From positions 800,001-864,000 of the forward strand of contig JBJBCN010000003.1 of NCBI GenBank assembly GCA_047285805.1: 64,000 bases of DNA. The letters are read 5' to 3'. The stretch is from Synechococcus sp. Its GTDB lineage: Bacteria > Cyanobacteriota > Cyanobacteriia > PCC-6307 > Cyanobiaceae. The translations under genes and the position numbers were made by a program. Under the pieces are notes generated by a model. It did not search any database. It had not been told where the DNA came from and worked only from the letters and a program-made list of their open reading frames with translations. Below, piece after piece: positions 9,190 to 19,759 of this stretch; positions within the stretch are counted from its first letter, which is position 1; each line of letters opens with the position of its first letter.

Positions 9190-9433
9190 GGGCCCAGCCC
9201 AGGATGCCGCTCAGGATCGCCGCTCCCATCAGTAGTCCGATGGCCGGGGTGAACAGCGGCTCCCAGAGGCTCTGAAAGACCTTGAGTGGAGCCTCGATTC
9301 CTCGGCTGTGGCACACCACGGCCACACCGAACCAGATGGCTCCGGCGATAACCACGAAGACGTCCGCGACCAGCACCGCATCCAAGTAACCCTTCAGGCG
9401 TTGGCCGGTGCTGGGTGGGGTCGCTTCAGCCAT
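9158..9433 (-). CDS. Small two-TM hypothetical membrane protein
   Basis: 91 aa, two hydrophobic segments, overlaps the end of the upstream gene. Confidence 0.7.
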   Translation of the reverse strand: MAEATPPSTGQRLKGYLDAVLVADVFVVIAGAIWFGVAVVCHSRGIEAPLKVFQSLWEPLFTPAIGLLMGAAILSGILGWALKWWRGREQR

Positions 9434-10649
9434 GGCGTTCCGCCAGACGCTCCAACAAATCAGTGCTCATCTTGGCGGCACCGCCACCACTGCCGATGCG
9501 CTCGTCTCCGAGCTGCCGCAGTTCCTCATGCCAGCGCTGATCGACCAGCAGGCGGTTGAGCAATTGCTCCAGGAGCTTCGCGGTCCCTTGGAGCTGCTCC
9601 TCGCTGCCCGCGCTCCCCGGGGCACAGAACAGGCCTGGCCCCAGTAGGCGTCGCTGGGCTTCGGCGAAGTTGTCGGTGAACTGGGGCCCATCGCCGACGA
9701 GTTGCAGGACTGGCTTACCCAGGCCTACGCACTGTTCGGCGGCGGTCCCGGTCATCGACAGCAGCAAATCGCACTGCTGAATAACGGCTGCAAAGCGCCC
9801 CCACTCCAACTGCAGGTGGAGTGGACCACGCTGCAGGCTGCAGCGGCTGCTGCTCTCCAATTCCAACCGCCAGCCCAACCGGCTCGCCAAAGGCGCCACT
9901 TCCTGGGGCGTCAGTTTTCCCACCAGGGCCGCATGCAGCCCGAGGCGTTGGGGAGGCCGGAGCGCTTCGGGCAGGCGCTCCAGCACCCCCAGCATCAGCT
10001 CCAGGTTGTGCAGGGCCTCAGGTAGTCGGCTACCGGGCAGCAGACCGAGCCGCTGCCGCGGCGCACCTGCCAAGTCGTCGCTCTCCCCCAGGGCCCCATC
10101 AAAGAAGGGGTTGCCGAAAAACTGCACTGGCCGCTTTAGCTGCTCGCTGAGGTCACTCGCGGTGAGTTGATCTCGGCTGTACACCCCCAGGGAGCGCTTG
10201 GATTTCAGGCAGCCGCCGCAGGGCCAGGGCAGCTGCAGGCGTCCCTCATAGTGGCTGGAGTAGGCCACCAAGTAGGTCGACATCGGCCGGCGGCTCAACC
10301 ATGCCGCCACCACCGGGATGACATCGCCGACCACCAGGATCAGGTCGTAGCGATGGCCGATGCGCAGCAGGAGCAGTAGCCGGCTCAGCAGGTAGAGCAC
10401 CTGCCCTTGCACGACCTCGGTGATCCGTCCGATCAGGCTCGTGTAGCCGAGGCCGCCAGTGCTGTATTCGCGGGTCTTGCCCCGCGTCGTGATGCCCGCC
10501 TGGCTGTAGGCCTGGCCGTGGCCCACCAGGGACAGCGCTTCAACGCTGCACCCCTGTTGCTGGAGCGCCGTTCCGATCAGGGCACCACTGAGGTCTTCGC
10601 CGTGGCCGTTGCTCAGCAACAGGATGCGCCGCTGGCCGTGTTGGGCCAT
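9426..10649 (-). CDS. Lipid-A-disaccharide synthase-related protein
   Basis: LLSNGHGED, LGLLPGSR, GTAAEQCVGLGKP motifs; ATG at 10649 overlaps the upstream TGA. Confidence 0.85.
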   Translation of the reverse strand: MAQHGQRRILLLSNGHGEDLSGALIGTALQQQGCSVEALSLVGHGQAYSQAGITTRGKTREYSTGGLGYTSLIGRITEVVQGQVLYLLSRLLLLLRIGHRYDLILVVGDVIPVVAAWLSRRPMSTYLVAYSSHYEGRLQLPWPCGGCLKSKRSLGVYSRDQLTASDLSEQLKRPVQFFGNPFFDGALGESDDLAGAPRQRLGLLPGSRLPEALHNLELMLGVLERLPEALRPPQRLGLHAALVGKLTPQEVAPLASRLGWRLELESSSRCSLQRGPLHLQLEWGRFAAVIQQCDLLLSMTGTAAEQCVGLGKPVLQLVGDGPQFTDNFAEAQRRLLGPGLFCAPGSAGSEEQLQGTAKLLEQLLNRLLVDQRWHEELRQLGDERIGSGGGAAKMSTDLLERLAERHG

Positions 10650-11071
10650 CACCCGTGAAGCCAAGCTTTGACCTTTTGCAGGGCCTGCCAGTCGGGGCGC
10701 CGGGCCAGGCCATCGGCGATGGAGGAGTCGAGTTCTTCGCCGATCTCCGGGGCCATCACCCGCACGCGCTGCACTAACTCGATGTGCTCCCGAACGCCTT
10801 TGACGTTGTTCTCGAGCATCGCCAGGCTCAGGTTGATCCTGGCCTGGGGGTCCTGGGGGTTGAGCTTGACCGCCATCCGTGCTGAGCGCAGCGCCGTCTG
10901 CGCTTGGTTGTCCAGCAGTTGGAGCCAGGCCAGGCAGGTCCAGCCGGCGGAGAGTCGGGGGTCCTGTTGGGTGATCTGCTCGAAGCTGGTGATCACCTCA
11001 GACAGAGGTGCGCCCTCGTTGTAGCTCTTCAGGGCCTGCTCAAACAGAGGGGGCGCGTCAGTGGCGGTCAT
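10649..11071 (-). CDS. TPR-repeat protein
   Basis: AVKLNPQDPQARINLSLA TPR signature. Confidence 0.8.
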   Translation of the reverse strand: MTATDAPPLFEQALKSYNEGAPLSEVITSFEQITQQDPRLSAGWTCLAWLQLLDNQAQTALRSARMAVKLNPQDPQARINLSLAMLENNVKGVREHIELVQRVRVMAPEIGEELDSSIADGLARRPDWQALQKVKAWLHG

Positions 11072-11119
11072 GGCGGAGGGCGTGCCGTTTCGTCAGCTCA
11101 GATTCGCACCCGAGGGGGA

Positions 11120-11515
11120 TCAGACCGCGAAGGAGCTGCCGCAGCCACAGGTTTGGGTGGCGTTGGGGTTGGTGAAGTTGAACCCGCCGCCGATAAGGGC
11201 CGATGAGAAGTCGAGCTGCATCCCATATATGTAGAGGAGGCTTTTGGGGTCGCTCACCACGGTGAAGCTGGGGGCTCCGCTGGGCTCATAGATGTAGCGC
11301 TCATCGTCCTCGCGGATCTCGCTGCTATCGATGAAGTCCATCGTGTAGCTCATGCCGCTGCAGCCGCCGGAGCGCACGCCCACCCGCAGGACTTTGCCTT
11401 CCCCTTGGGCCGGCAGCAGGGTGGCCAGCTGTTTCATCGCCGGCTCGGTGATCAGGATCCCTTTGCCGTCCCGGCCGGTGTGGGTCGCGACTGGGGTGGC
11501 GGTCTCGCTGGTCAT
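11120..11515 (-). CDS. iscA: Iron-sulfur cluster assembly A-type carrier (IscA/SufA)
   Basis: GGCSGMSY and TCGCGSSF motifs; ATG at 11515. Confidence 0.9.
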   Translation of the reverse strand: MTSETATPVATHTGRDGKGILITEPAMKQLATLLPAQGEGKVLRVGVRSGGCSGMSYTMDFIDSSEIREDDERYIYEPSGAPSFTVVSDPKSLLYIYGMQLDFSSALIGGGFNFTNPNATQTCGCGSSFAV

Positions 11516-11608
11516 CGGAGCAATGGCCTGTGTTCCCACTCTATGGAGGTCCTTTCTCCGCTGCCTTGTCACCCTTCTCCATAGAGTCACCCCATTAGTG
11601 GGAGAACA

Positions 11609-13087
11609 ATGGTGCGGGTCGCCATCGTGGGTGCGGGTCTGGCCGGATTGGCGGCGGCGGTCGATTTGGTGGACGCTGGCCACCAAATCGACCTCTATGA
11701 GTCGCGTCCCTTCATGGGCGGCAAGGTTGGCAGCTGGGTCGATGAGGGTGGCAACCACATTGAGATGGGCCTGCACGTCTTCTTCTTCAACTACGCCAAC
11801 CTCTTTGCCCTGCTCCGCAAGGTGGGGGCGATCGACAATCTGCTGCCAAAGGACCACACCCATCTGTTCGTAAACGCCGATGGTGATCTGCGGGAGTTGG
11901 ATTTCCGCTTCGCCCTGGGGGCACCCTTCAACGGCCTGAAGGCCTTCTTCACCACGCCACAGCTCGATTGGCTCGACAAGCTCCGCAATGCCTTGGCCTT
12001 GGGCACCAGCCCGATCGTTCGCGGCCTTGTCGATTACGAGGGGGCGATGAAGGTGATTCGTGATCTCGACCGGATCAGCTTCCAGGAGTGGTTCCTGAGC
12101 CACGGCGGCAGTGAGCAGAGTATCCGCCGGATGTGGAATCCGATTGCCTATGCCCTCGGTTTCATCGACTGCGAGGCGATCTCGGCCCGCTGCATGCTGA
12201 CCATCTTCATGATGTTCGCGGCGAAGACCGAGGCCTCCAAGCTCAACCTGCTGAAGGGCTCCCCCCACCGCTGGTTGACCGGCCCGATCCTCGAGTACAT
12301 CCAGGAGCGCGGGGCGCGGCTGCACCTGCGGCACCGCGTGACCGAGGTGCAGTTTGAGGAGGTCGCCGGTGAAACTCATGTCACCGGGCTGACCCTCGGA
12401 ACCCCCGATGGAGAACTGCAGGTTGAAGCCGACACTTACCTGGCGGCCTGTGATGTGCAGGGCATCCAGCGGATGGTCCCTCAGGCCTGGCGCCGTTGGC
12501 CCCTCTTCGACAACCTGTACAAGCTGGAGGCCGTCCCCGTGGCCACGGTTCAGCTCCGCTACGACGGTTGGGTGACCGAGCTGGGCGACTCCCCGATGGC
12601 CGAAGCCGCTCGCCGCGATGTGGCCCGCCCCGCTGGTCTCGACAATCTTCTCTATACCGCTGACGCTGACTTCAGCTGTTTTGCGGACCTGGCCCTGGCC
12701 AGTCCCGTGGATTACCGCAAGGAGGGCGTCGGCTCCCTGCTCCAGTGCGTCCTCACCCCAGGCGACCCCTGGATTCCCAAGAAGACCGAAGAGATCGTCG
12801 CGGCCACCGATGCCCAGGTGAGGCGCCTGTTCCCCTCGGCGAAAAACCTCAACCTGGTCTGGAGCAACGTCGTCAAGCTGGCTCAGTCCCTGTATCGCGA
12901 GGCGCCGGGGATGGAGGCCTACCGCCCGGATCAGGCCACGCCGGTCACCAACTTCTTTATGGCCGGGAGCTACACCAAGCAGGACTACATCGATTCGATG
13001 GAAGGCGCCACGATGAGCGGGCGTCTAGCCGCCGCCGCGATCCTGGGTCGTCAGGCTGAGCTGGCCACCAATGTATCTGTCGCCTAG
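11609..13087 (+). CDS. zds: Zeta-carotene desaturase
   Basis: [36 protein letters not shown]. Confidence 0.93.
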   Translation: MVRVAIVGAGLAGLAAAVDLVDAGHQIDLYESRPFMGGKVGSWVDEGGNHIEMGLHVFFFNYANLFALLRKVGAIDNLLPKDHTHLFVNADGDLRELDFRFALGAPFNGLKAFFTTPQLDWLDKLRNALALGTSPIVRGLVDYEGAMKVIRDLDRISFQEWFLSHGGSEQSIRRMWNPIAYALGFIDCEAISARCMLTIFMMFAAKTEASKLNLLKGSPHRWLTGPILEYIQERGARLHLRHRVTEVQFEEVAGETHVTGLTLGTPDGELQVEADTYLAACDVQGIQRMVPQAWRRWPLFDNLYKLEAVPVATVQLRYDGWVTELGDSPMAEAARRDVARPAGLDNLLYTADADFSCFADLALASPVDYRKEGVGSLLQCVLTPGDPWIPKKTEEIVAATDAQVRRLFPSAKNLNLVWSNVVKLAQSLYREAPGMEAYRPDQATPVTNFFMAGSYTKQDYIDSMEGATMSGRLAAAAILGRQAELATNVSVA

Positions 13088-13092
13088 AGACC

Positions 13093-13548
13093 ATGGGCCG
13101 TTGGCTTGAACACAGCGTCACTACAGAGGTGAAGGCACCGGCCGAACGGGTCTGGGCGGTTTGGAGTGATCTTGAGGCCATGCCCCGCTGGATGAACTGG
13201 ATCGAGTCCGTCATCACCGAAGCCGGCGACCCGGATCTGACCAATTGGACCCTTGCGGCCCAGGGCTTTCGCTTCCAGTGGAAGGCGCGCATCACCGAGC
13301 GGGTGGAGGCGCAACAGCTCCATTGGGAATCGGTGGGAGGACTGCCCACAAAAGGGGCCGTTCGCTTTTACCCCCAGGGGCCGCAGACCACCGCTGTGAA
13401 GTTGACCGTCAGTTACGAGTTACCGGGAATGTTGGCGCCGTTGATGGATCCTTCCATCCTGGGGGGGATCGTGACCAAGGAGCTCCAGGCCAACCTGGAT
13501 CGCTTCCGCGATCTCGTACAAAGCGGGTATGGCCAAGCTGCGAGCTAA
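13093..13548 (+). CDS. SRPBCC (polyketide cyclase/START-like) protein
   Basis: VWAVWSDLEAMPRWM pattern, directly after zds. Confidence 0.85.
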   Translation: MGRWLEHSVTTEVKAPAERVWAVWSDLEAMPRWMNWIESVITEAGDPDLTNWTLAAQGFRFQWKARITERVEAQQLHWESVGGLPTKGAVRFYPQGPQTTAVKLTVSYELPGMLAPLMDPSILGGIVTKELQANLDRFRDLVQSGYGQAAS

Positions 13549-13554
13549 GACTCG

Positions 13555-14022
13555 ATGTTGGCGTTGCCAGTGCTGCTTGCCCTGGCGGCCTGCGAAATAG
13601 GCCAGAGCAGCAGCACGGTCCCCACGACAGGTTTTGTGCTGCCTCCGTCGGGCACTCCTGAGTCCACGCCCCTCACCCCCTCAGGGGGCTTCATCGCAAT
13701 GCCGAGCCCGCAGCAGGTGGTGGAGGCGCAACCCCATGGCCGCGTTGATCCCTTCGCTCCGGTGGGGATGGCGTCGGCCACGGATGGCAGCACATCCACT
13801 CAACTGCAGCTCACCGGTTTGATCGGCAGTGCCCGCAGCGCCCAGGCTCTGATCAGCCTGGGCGGCCAGAGCGAGATGGTCTGTGTGGGCCGGCAGCGCC
13901 TCTGCCCGGGGTCGGGCCTACCGGCTCTCTTGCTTCCGGGGTGGACCGTGACCGGTATCGACCTGGGGCGCGGTGAGTTGCGCTTGAACCAGTCCGGTCA
14001 GCAGCGGGTGTTCAGTCTTTAA
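13555..14022 (+). CDS. Hypothetical lipoprotein, PilP-like features
   Basis: Lipobox LAAC, Pro/Ser/Thr linker, GRVDPF, LQLTGLIG beta domain. Confidence 0.55.
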   Translation: MLALPVLLALAACEIGQSSSTVPTTGFVLPPSGTPESTPLTPSGGFIAMPSPQQVVEAQPHGRVDPFAPVGMASATDGSTSTQLQLTGLIGSARSAQALISLGGQSEMVCVGRQRLCPGSGLPALLLPGWTVTGIDLGRGELRLNQSGQQRVFSL

Positions 14023-14797
14023 AGGCGGCGCTGCAGGCGGCGACGAGCCCATCGAGGTCATGGGGGTTTGCTTCGCTATCCACCCGGCCCAGTACGGCCT
14101 GAAGGGTCTTCGAGGTTTGCGGTCCGATTGAGATCAGCCGCACTTGCTCCAGGGGCTCCCGCCAGCTGGCGCCGAAGTGCTGCTCCAGTAATTGGGCGGT
14201 GTGTTGCACGGTCTTGCCGCTGCTGAAGGTGATCGCATCCACCCGCCTTTCCGCTAGGGCTGAGGTGGTGGCCGCAGGCAGGTTGTCGGGGCAGCGGGAT
14301 TCATAGGCCGCGACTTCCACGACCCGGGCTCCGGCTTCGCCAAAGGCCTCGGCCAGCAGGGTGCGCCCGCCACTTTGCACCCGGGGGAGCAGGAGCCGCA
14401 GTCCCCAGCCCGAGACGGGGAAATGCTCAATCAGGCTGTCGGCGACGAAGGCTGGTGGCACGAAATCGGCGGCTGCCCCCAGCGCCTCAAGACGTGCCGC
14501 TGTTTTGCGACCCACCGCCGCAATCTTCAAGCTGTTGGGCCGCCGGCCTAGGTTGCTGCCGAGGCGGAGGAGCCGCTGCTCTACCGCGTCGACGCCATTG
14601 CTGCTGGAAACGATGAGCCAGTGGAACTCCTCCAGTTCCGCCAGGGCGTCATCGAGTGGTCCCCATTCATCGGGCGGACCGATGACGAGGGCGGGGAGAT
14701 CGAGGACCTCGGCTCCGGCCTCCTCAAACAATTGGCGAGCGGCGCCCAGTTGCTGTTCCGCCCGGGTCACCGCGATGGTGCGCCCTTGCAAGTCCAT
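14012..14797 (-). CDS. hemD: Uroporphyrinogen-III synthase
   Basis: IAVTRA, SSSNGV, AAVGRKTA, ITFSSGKTV, SIGPQTS. Confidence 0.92.
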   Translation of the reverse strand: MDLQGRTIAVTRAEQQLGAARQLFEEAGAEVLDLPALVIGPPDEWGPLDDALAELEEFHWLIVSSSNGVDAVEQRLLRLGSNLGRRPNSLKIAAVGRKTAARLEALGAAADFVPPAFVADSLIEHFPVSGWGLRLLLPRVQSGGRTLLAEAFGEAGARVVEVAAYESRCPDNLPAATTSALAERRVDAITFSSGKTVQHTAQLLEQHFGASWREPLEQVRLISIGPQTSKTLQAVLGRVDSEANPHDLDGLVAACSAAFKD

Positions 14798-14800
14798 TCC

Positions 14801-15994
14801 TCAGCCCTCGAGCTTGACCAGTTCTCCGGCCTGCTTGTGCAGCCGCTGGGCCTCCTGGGTGCGGCCCTGGTCGATCAGCAGTTGGATGGCATCGCGAAAG
14901 CTGCCGCGGGAGCCATCAATGTCACCCCCCAGCAGCAGCGCAACCGCGAGGTTCTGGTGGGTTTCTGCGTGGCCGGGGTTGACCCGCTTGGCCTCCCGGT
15001 AGGCCTCCAGGGCGCCAGCGAGATTGCCCTTTTTCCGGCGGATCAGCCCAAGGTTGTACCAGCCTAGGCCGATCTCAGGAGCGACGCGGGTGGCCCGGGC
15101 GCTGAGGGTTTCCGCCTCCTCGAGTTGACCGAGTTGCAGGAGGAGCGCCGCCAGGTTGAGTTGGGCCGCCAGGTTCAGGCGCGGGGCTAGGGGGATCGTG
15201 AGGGCCTGGCGGTAGTACTGCTCCGCTTGCTGTGGGTTCTGGCCGGCTTCCGCGAGGGCCAGGTGCAGCAGCAGCTCGTAGCGCTCGGGGTGGGCCTCAG
15301 CGGGGCAGTGCTTGAGGCCCTCTTCCAGGAGCGCCAGGCCGCGTTTGAGGTTCCCTTCGGCCACCTCCAGGCTGCCCAACTTGGCGCAGGCGTAGGGGTC
15401 GCCGGGGCGGGCCTTGAGTTCCTCTTCCATGGCTTGGCGCAGCCGCTCGGGCTTATTGCCTTGGGCCAACAGCTCGGGTCGGTAACCGTCATGGTCGATT
15501 GCCGGCTCGGAGCAATTGGCGATGCGCCACTTCGGCTCGTCCTTGAGCAAGGCCGCGACGCTGTCGTCAATCATCGAGTGGTAGGCCCGGCTCCACTGGA
15601 TGCGGGGATGGCGCCGGAAGAGGCGACTGACGTTGGAGTAAGGCGATTGGATCGCGCCGCGTTCATGGCGCAGCAGGTTGATGACCAGGACATCCGGTTG
15701 GGCCATCAAGGCCCGTAGCGGCTTCCAGGCCTCAGGCTTGAGCCGTTCATCGGCATCGAGTACCAGCACCCAGTCCCCTTGCACCATCGTGAGCGCTTGG
15801 TTACGGGCTGGGGCGAAGTCCCCGGGCCATTCGATCTGCTCGACCCGGGCGCCGGCTGCCTCGGCGAGCGCCATGGTGTTGTCCTTGGAGCCGGTGTCGA
15901 TAACCACCATCTCGTCGACAAAGCCTTGAGCGGACTTCAGGCAGTCTTCGATTTGCCCGGCTTCATCCCGAACGATCATCGAGAGGCTGAGCAT
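14801..15994 (-). CDS. GT2 glycosyltransferase with C-terminal TPR repeats
   Basis: LSLSMIVRDE, DTGSKD, DFAPARN, LDADE, followed by TPRs. Confidence 0.88.
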   Translation of the reverse strand: MLSLSMIVRDEAGQIEDCLKSAQGFVDEMVVIDTGSKDNTMALAEAAGARVEQIEWPGDFAPARNQALTMVQGDWVLVLDADERLKPEAWKPLRALMAQPDVLVINLLRHERGAIQSPYSNVSRLFRRHPRIQWSRAYHSMIDDSVAALLKDEPKWRIANCSEPAIDHDGYRPELLAQGNKPERLRQAMEEELKARPGDPYACAKLGSLEVAEGNLKRGLALLEEGLKHCPAEAHPERYELLLHLALAEAGQNPQQAEQYYRQALTIPLAPRLNLAAQLNLAALLLQLGQLEEAETLSARATRVAPEIGLGWYNLGLIRRKKGNLAGALEAYREAKRVNPGHAETHQNLAVALLLGGDIDGSRGSFRDAIQLLIDQGRTQEAQRLHKQAGELVKLEG

Positions 15995-16047
15995 GGTGGG
16001 TGCCGGCGGCCGCGATAGACGGCCCGAGGCTAGTGGGAGCTGCCCGT

Positions 16048-17649
16048 TTAGTCGGTAAAGCCGCCCTCCAGCGCCGCCTCCGGCAGCCCCAGGGCCTCCA
16101 GCAGCAGCGCTTGGGCCTGGGGCATCTGGGCTGGGCTGTAGGCCGCGGGCAGCTCCGGCGGCAGCAGTGGTTCAAGGGTCTGCCAGAGGTAGGGGCTGCC
16201 ATAGACCGCCAAGCCCGCCAGACGTCCTGCCGCCAGCAGTTGCTGCACGACCTGGGGCCAGGGTTCATCGCCGCCGGAACTGCCGCGGAAGGGATTGCCC
16301 CGCACCAGGAGCTGGAGCAGCACCGGACCCTCCGGTAGGTGATCGAGGGCCAAAGGAGCCAAGGGATCGTCGCTCCAGGGGCTCGGGCTGCGGGCGTCAA
16401 TCAGCCGCGCCTCGTAGCGCAAGGTCATTGGCCGCAGCAGGGCTGGGGCCGCCAGCGGCAGTTGCGGCGCGTTGAGCTGGTTGTCGAGTCGGATCAGGTT
16501 CAGTCCCGGTCCGGCGGGAAGGCCCCGGTTGCCCTGGCGTACGAGGCTGACGGCGAGCAGTTCGCCGCTGAGTTGCCGTTCGCTCGCTGTGACGAGCCCA
16601 TCCAGGGCGGCGTCCAGCGCCTCATGGGTAGCCATGCAGCGCGCGAGGGCCGCACGCCGCCGCTCAAGGCTGGCCTCTAACCGCTGCCCGCTGATCCGGT
16701 CGCTCTGCACGGCCTTCACCAAGCCATCGAGGGCCTCTTGGGCATCGGCGGGCATGAGGATCAAATCCGCCCCGGCTTCAAAGGCGAGTACGGCGGCTTC
16801 GGCGCTGCCGTGGTGCCGGCTGATGGCCTCCATGACCAGGGCATCGGTCACCACCAGTCCAGGGAACTGCAGCTCCTGGCGCAGCAGACCGGTCAGGACG
16901 GCTTGAGAGAGGGTGGCCGGTTTCGCGCTGTCTAGGTCTGGCAGGCGGAGGTGGCCGGTCATCACTGAGGCCACCCCCGCGGCAATAGCCCGCTGAAAGG
17001 GCGGCAGCTCGATCTGATCGAGGCGTTCGCGGCGATGGGGCAGTTCGGGCAACTCCAGGTGCGAATCACAGCTGGTGTCGCCGTGGCCGGGGAAGTGTTT
17101 GGCGCAGGCCAGCACGCCTTCGGCTTGGCAGCCTTTGATGAATGCCGACGTCAGGGACCCGGCACTCTCGGGGGTCTCCCCCCAGGCGCGCACATTGATA
17201 ACGGGGTTGGCCGGGTTGTTGTTGACGTCGCAGACCGGACCCAGCACCCAGTTGAGCCCCAGCAGTCGTGCTTGCCGGCCGGTGCAGCGGCCGTAGCGCT
17301 CCGCCAAGCTCCTCGCCCGCTGGGGATCGCGCGAATACAGCGCTCCCAGCGCCAGGGGAGGCGCAAGCCAGGAGGCCCCCTCAAAGCGCTGGCCGACCCC
17401 CTCTTCCACGTCGGCGCAGAGCAGGAGGGGCTGGCCCGCCCAGCGTAGGAGTTGCTCGCAGCGCAGGCGCAGTTCCTCTGCGCTGCCTCCCAGCAGGATC
17501 ACTCCGCCAACCCCCTGCTCGAGGAACGCCCGCAGCTGCGCGTTGCTCAGTTCCCAGCGGGGGTAGCGGCGCTGATGGTCCCGGGCATGGCCGCTGCCCC
17601 GTACCACCAGCAGGCTGGCGAGCTGTCGCCGGAGCTCAGAAGCCTCCAT
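16048..17649 (-). CDS. Glycoside hydrolase family 3 (NagZ-like beta-N-acetylhexosaminidase)
   Basis: [27 protein letters not shown]. Confidence 0.88.
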   Translation of the reverse strand: MEASELRRQLASLLVVRGSGHARDHQRRYPRWELSNAQLRAFLEQGVGGVILLGGSAEELRLRCEQLLRWAGQPLLLCADVEEGVGQRFEGASWLAPPLALGALYSRDPQRARSLAERYGRCTGRQARLLGLNWVLGPVCDVNNNPANPVINVRAWGETPESAGSLTSAFIKGCQAEGVLACAKHFPGHGDTSCDSHLELPELPHRRERLDQIELPPFQRAIAAGVASVMTGHLRLPDLDSAKPATLSQAVLTGLLRQELQFPGLVVTDALVMEAISRHHGSAEAAVLAFEAGADLILMPADAQEALDGLVKAVQSDRISGQRLEASLERRRAALARCMATHEALDAALDGLVTASERQLSGELLAVSLVRQGNRGLPAGPGLNLIRLDNQLNAPQLPLAAPALLRPMTLRYEARLIDARSPSPWSDDPLAPLALDHLPEGPVLLQLLVRGNPFRGSSGGDEPWPQVVQQLLAAGRLAGLAVYGSPYLWQTLEPLLPPELPAAYSPAQMPQAQALLLEALGLPEAALEGGFTD

Positions 17650-18046
17650 CCTCCTGTTGGCCAGTGCCTTCGGGAACCTCGCCGCGCTCTTGGCGCTGCT
17701 CCTCGAGTTGGTTCAGCAAGCCGAGCACGGAGGTGCCCTTCTCGATGCCGCGGTCCAGCTGGAAGATCACCTCTGGGGTACGGCGCATATTCAGCCGGCG
17801 GCCGAGCTCTCCTTTGACGTAGTTCGAGGCCGAGCGCAGACCCTCGAGGGCTTGCTGTTGTACCTCTGCGCTCCCGTAGACGCTGACAAAAATCTTGCAG
17901 TGCTGCAGATCGCCGGCCACATCCACATTGGTGATGCTGACCATCCCCAGGCTGACCCGCTCGTCCTTGATTCCGGTGACCAGCAGCTCGCTGACTTCCC
18001 GGCGGATCAGAGCGGCCACTCGCTCAACGCGACGACCTTGCGCCAT
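17636..18046 (-). CDS. rbfA: 30S ribosome-binding factor A
   Basis: [37 protein letters not shown]. Confidence 0.95.
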   Translation of the reverse strand: MAQGRRVERVAALIRREVSELLVTGIKDERVSLGMVSITNVDVAGDLQHCKIFVSVYGSAEVQQQALEGLRSASNYVKGELGRRLNMRRTPEVIFQLDRGIEKGTSVLGLLNQLEEQRQERGEVPEGTGQQEDGGF

Positions 18047-18048
18047 GG

Positions 18049-18255
18049 CTATGCGATGACCTCGGGAGTCACCATCGCACGAAGAATCAGGGTGATGCTC
18101 ACTAGGCCGCTCACCAGGGCTCCGATCAGGGCGACGGCGGTGACCGGGTTGCTGCGGCGCTGGGCGAGGGGTTCCAGGACGGAGTTGGCGACGCCAAGCC
18201 CGAACGCAATCAAGTAGCGCGGATAGCGCGTGACGTTCAGAAAAAAGTCCCGCAT
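18049..18255 (-). CDS. DUF751-family small membrane protein
   Basis: [16 protein letters not shown]; position upstream of rbfA is typical in cyanobacteria. Confidence 0.8.
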   Translation of the reverse strand: MRDFFLNVTRYPRYLIAFGLGVANSVLEPLAQRRSNPVTAVALIGALVSGLVSITLILRAMVTPEVIA

Positions 18256-18334
18256 GGGGGCCGGGGCGCTGATCAAACAGTGCTGGCTACTCTGCCGCCA
18301 AAGGGCACCCAGTGCCGCGCGATCCGATCTTTTG

Positions 18335-19045
18335 ATGCTGGAGCTCCATCAGTTCCGCCATTCCGCCTTCTGCGAGAAGGTCCGCTTGGTGTTGGCCTTC
18401 AAGCAACTCGGCTTCACGCCGGTTGAGGTCACCCCCGGTGTTGGTCAGGTCGACCTCTACCGGCTCTCCGGCCAGCGGCAGGTGCCGGTCCTCGTCGACG
18501 GCAGTGAGGTGATCGCTGACTCCACGGCCATCGCGATGCATCTGGAGCAAAAGCATCCCGATCCTGCGCTGCTTCCGAGCGATCCCGCCCTGCGGGCCCA
18601 GGTGCTGTTGCTGGAGGACTGGGCAGATACCGCCCTGGCGGCTGGAGCGCGGATGGCCCTGTTGCAGTCGGCAGCCAGCGATCCGGTGCTGCGCGATGGC
18701 TTGCTGCCGGAGGCCACCCCATCCCCTCTGCGCTCGCTTGTGGGTGCCTTGCCAGGCGGGGTGCTTAGCGGCGTCGGTCAAGTGCTTGACCAGCAGGTCC
18801 TCCAGCAACTGCCCAGCAGCCTCGAGCAGCTCACGGCCCTCGTGCAGGCCCAGCCCTATCTGGTGGGGGATCAACTCACCCTGGCGGACTTGGCGGTGAT
18901 GGCCCAGTTGTCCCTGATCAAGTTCCCCAGCTCCTCCGGCAGTCCGTTGGCAGGCCGTGGGGTGGCGGGGTTGGCTGACGATCCCCGTCTGAAATCGCTC
19001 TGGCTCTGGCGCGATCGCCTGGGGCTCCAATTGGGGCCCCCCTAG
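18335..19045 (+). CDS. Glutathione S-transferase family protein
   Basis: HSAFCEKVRL, QVPVL, DSTAI, LTLADLAV; ATG at 18335. Confidence 0.88.
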   Translation: MLELHQFRHSAFCEKVRLVLAFKQLGFTPVEVTPGVGQVDLYRLSGQRQVPVLVDGSEVIADSTAIAMHLEQKHPDPALLPSDPALRAQVLLLEDWADTALAAGARMALLQSAASDPVLRDGLLPEATPSPLRSLVGALPGGVLSGVGQVLDQQVLQQLPSSLEQLTALVQAQPYLVGDQLTLADLAVMAQLSLIKFPSSSGSPLAGRGVAGLADDPRLKSLWLWRDRLGLQLGPP

Positions 19046-19710
19046 GGCTGCCGCTCCAGCACGAGCGTTCCGCTCCAGTTGCGCTTGGCTTCAGCGATCA
19101 GGCCCTCGGCGGGAGAGTCGTACCTCACCTGCCATTGCTGTGCCTCGATCCGATTGGCATTGATGCGGACATAGCGGCTGAGGGTCTCGACTTGGCTGAT
19201 GCGCGGATCGCCGGGGCCATGCAGCACCTGCAGGCTGAGCTCGTCAGCCAGGAATTGATCCGTTGGCAGCCGTTCGCTGCGGCGCCCCACCACGGTGGAC
19301 TCCAAATAGCGATCTCCGCTGAGATCGGCAAGCTGTCTATTGGGGTTCTGGGGGGCGTTGCGGACCCGCTGCAGCTGCTCCCCGAGGAGCGCCCGTCCGA
19401 CGGAATTGGCGTTGAAGGCGCGGTCACCAACGATGCGTCCGGAGGAGGATTGGATGAACCGGACTGCGTACTCGATCTCCGGTTCCACGCCGCTGAGGTC
19501 GGCGCTGGTGGCCCTCCAGTTCCCCTCAAACCACGCGGGATAGACGAGATCGCGCGCTCCGGGCCGCGGTAGCGGTGCCGGCAGGCTCCATGCCGGCCAG
19601 CTCTCGAGTCGTTTTTCCAGGGTTGACGCCGCCGCGGCAGGGAGGCCGCCGCTGAGCAGGATGACCAGGGTGAGCAGGAGCGCCAGCAGCGGTCGACGGG
19701 CATGCGGCAT
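19042..19710 (-). CDS. Conserved secreted hypothetical protein (DUF6816-like)
   Basis: Signal peptide, DLVYPAWFEGNW, DRAFNA, PQNPNR. Confidence 0.65.
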   Translation of the reverse strand: MPHARRPLLALLLTLVILLSGGLPAAAASTLEKRLESWPAWSLPAPLPRPGARDLVYPAWFEGNWRATSADLSGVEPEIEYAVRFIQSSSGRIVGDRAFNANSVGRALLGEQLQRVRNAPQNPNRQLADLSGDRYLESTVVGRRSERLPTDQFLADELSLQVLHGPGDPRISQVETLSRYVRINANRIEAQQWQVRYDSPAEGLIAEAKRNWSGTLVLERQP

Positions 19711-19759
19711 GCGGCACACGTGGCAGGCTGCCTGTGATCCTGCCGCCTGAGACGGCCCC

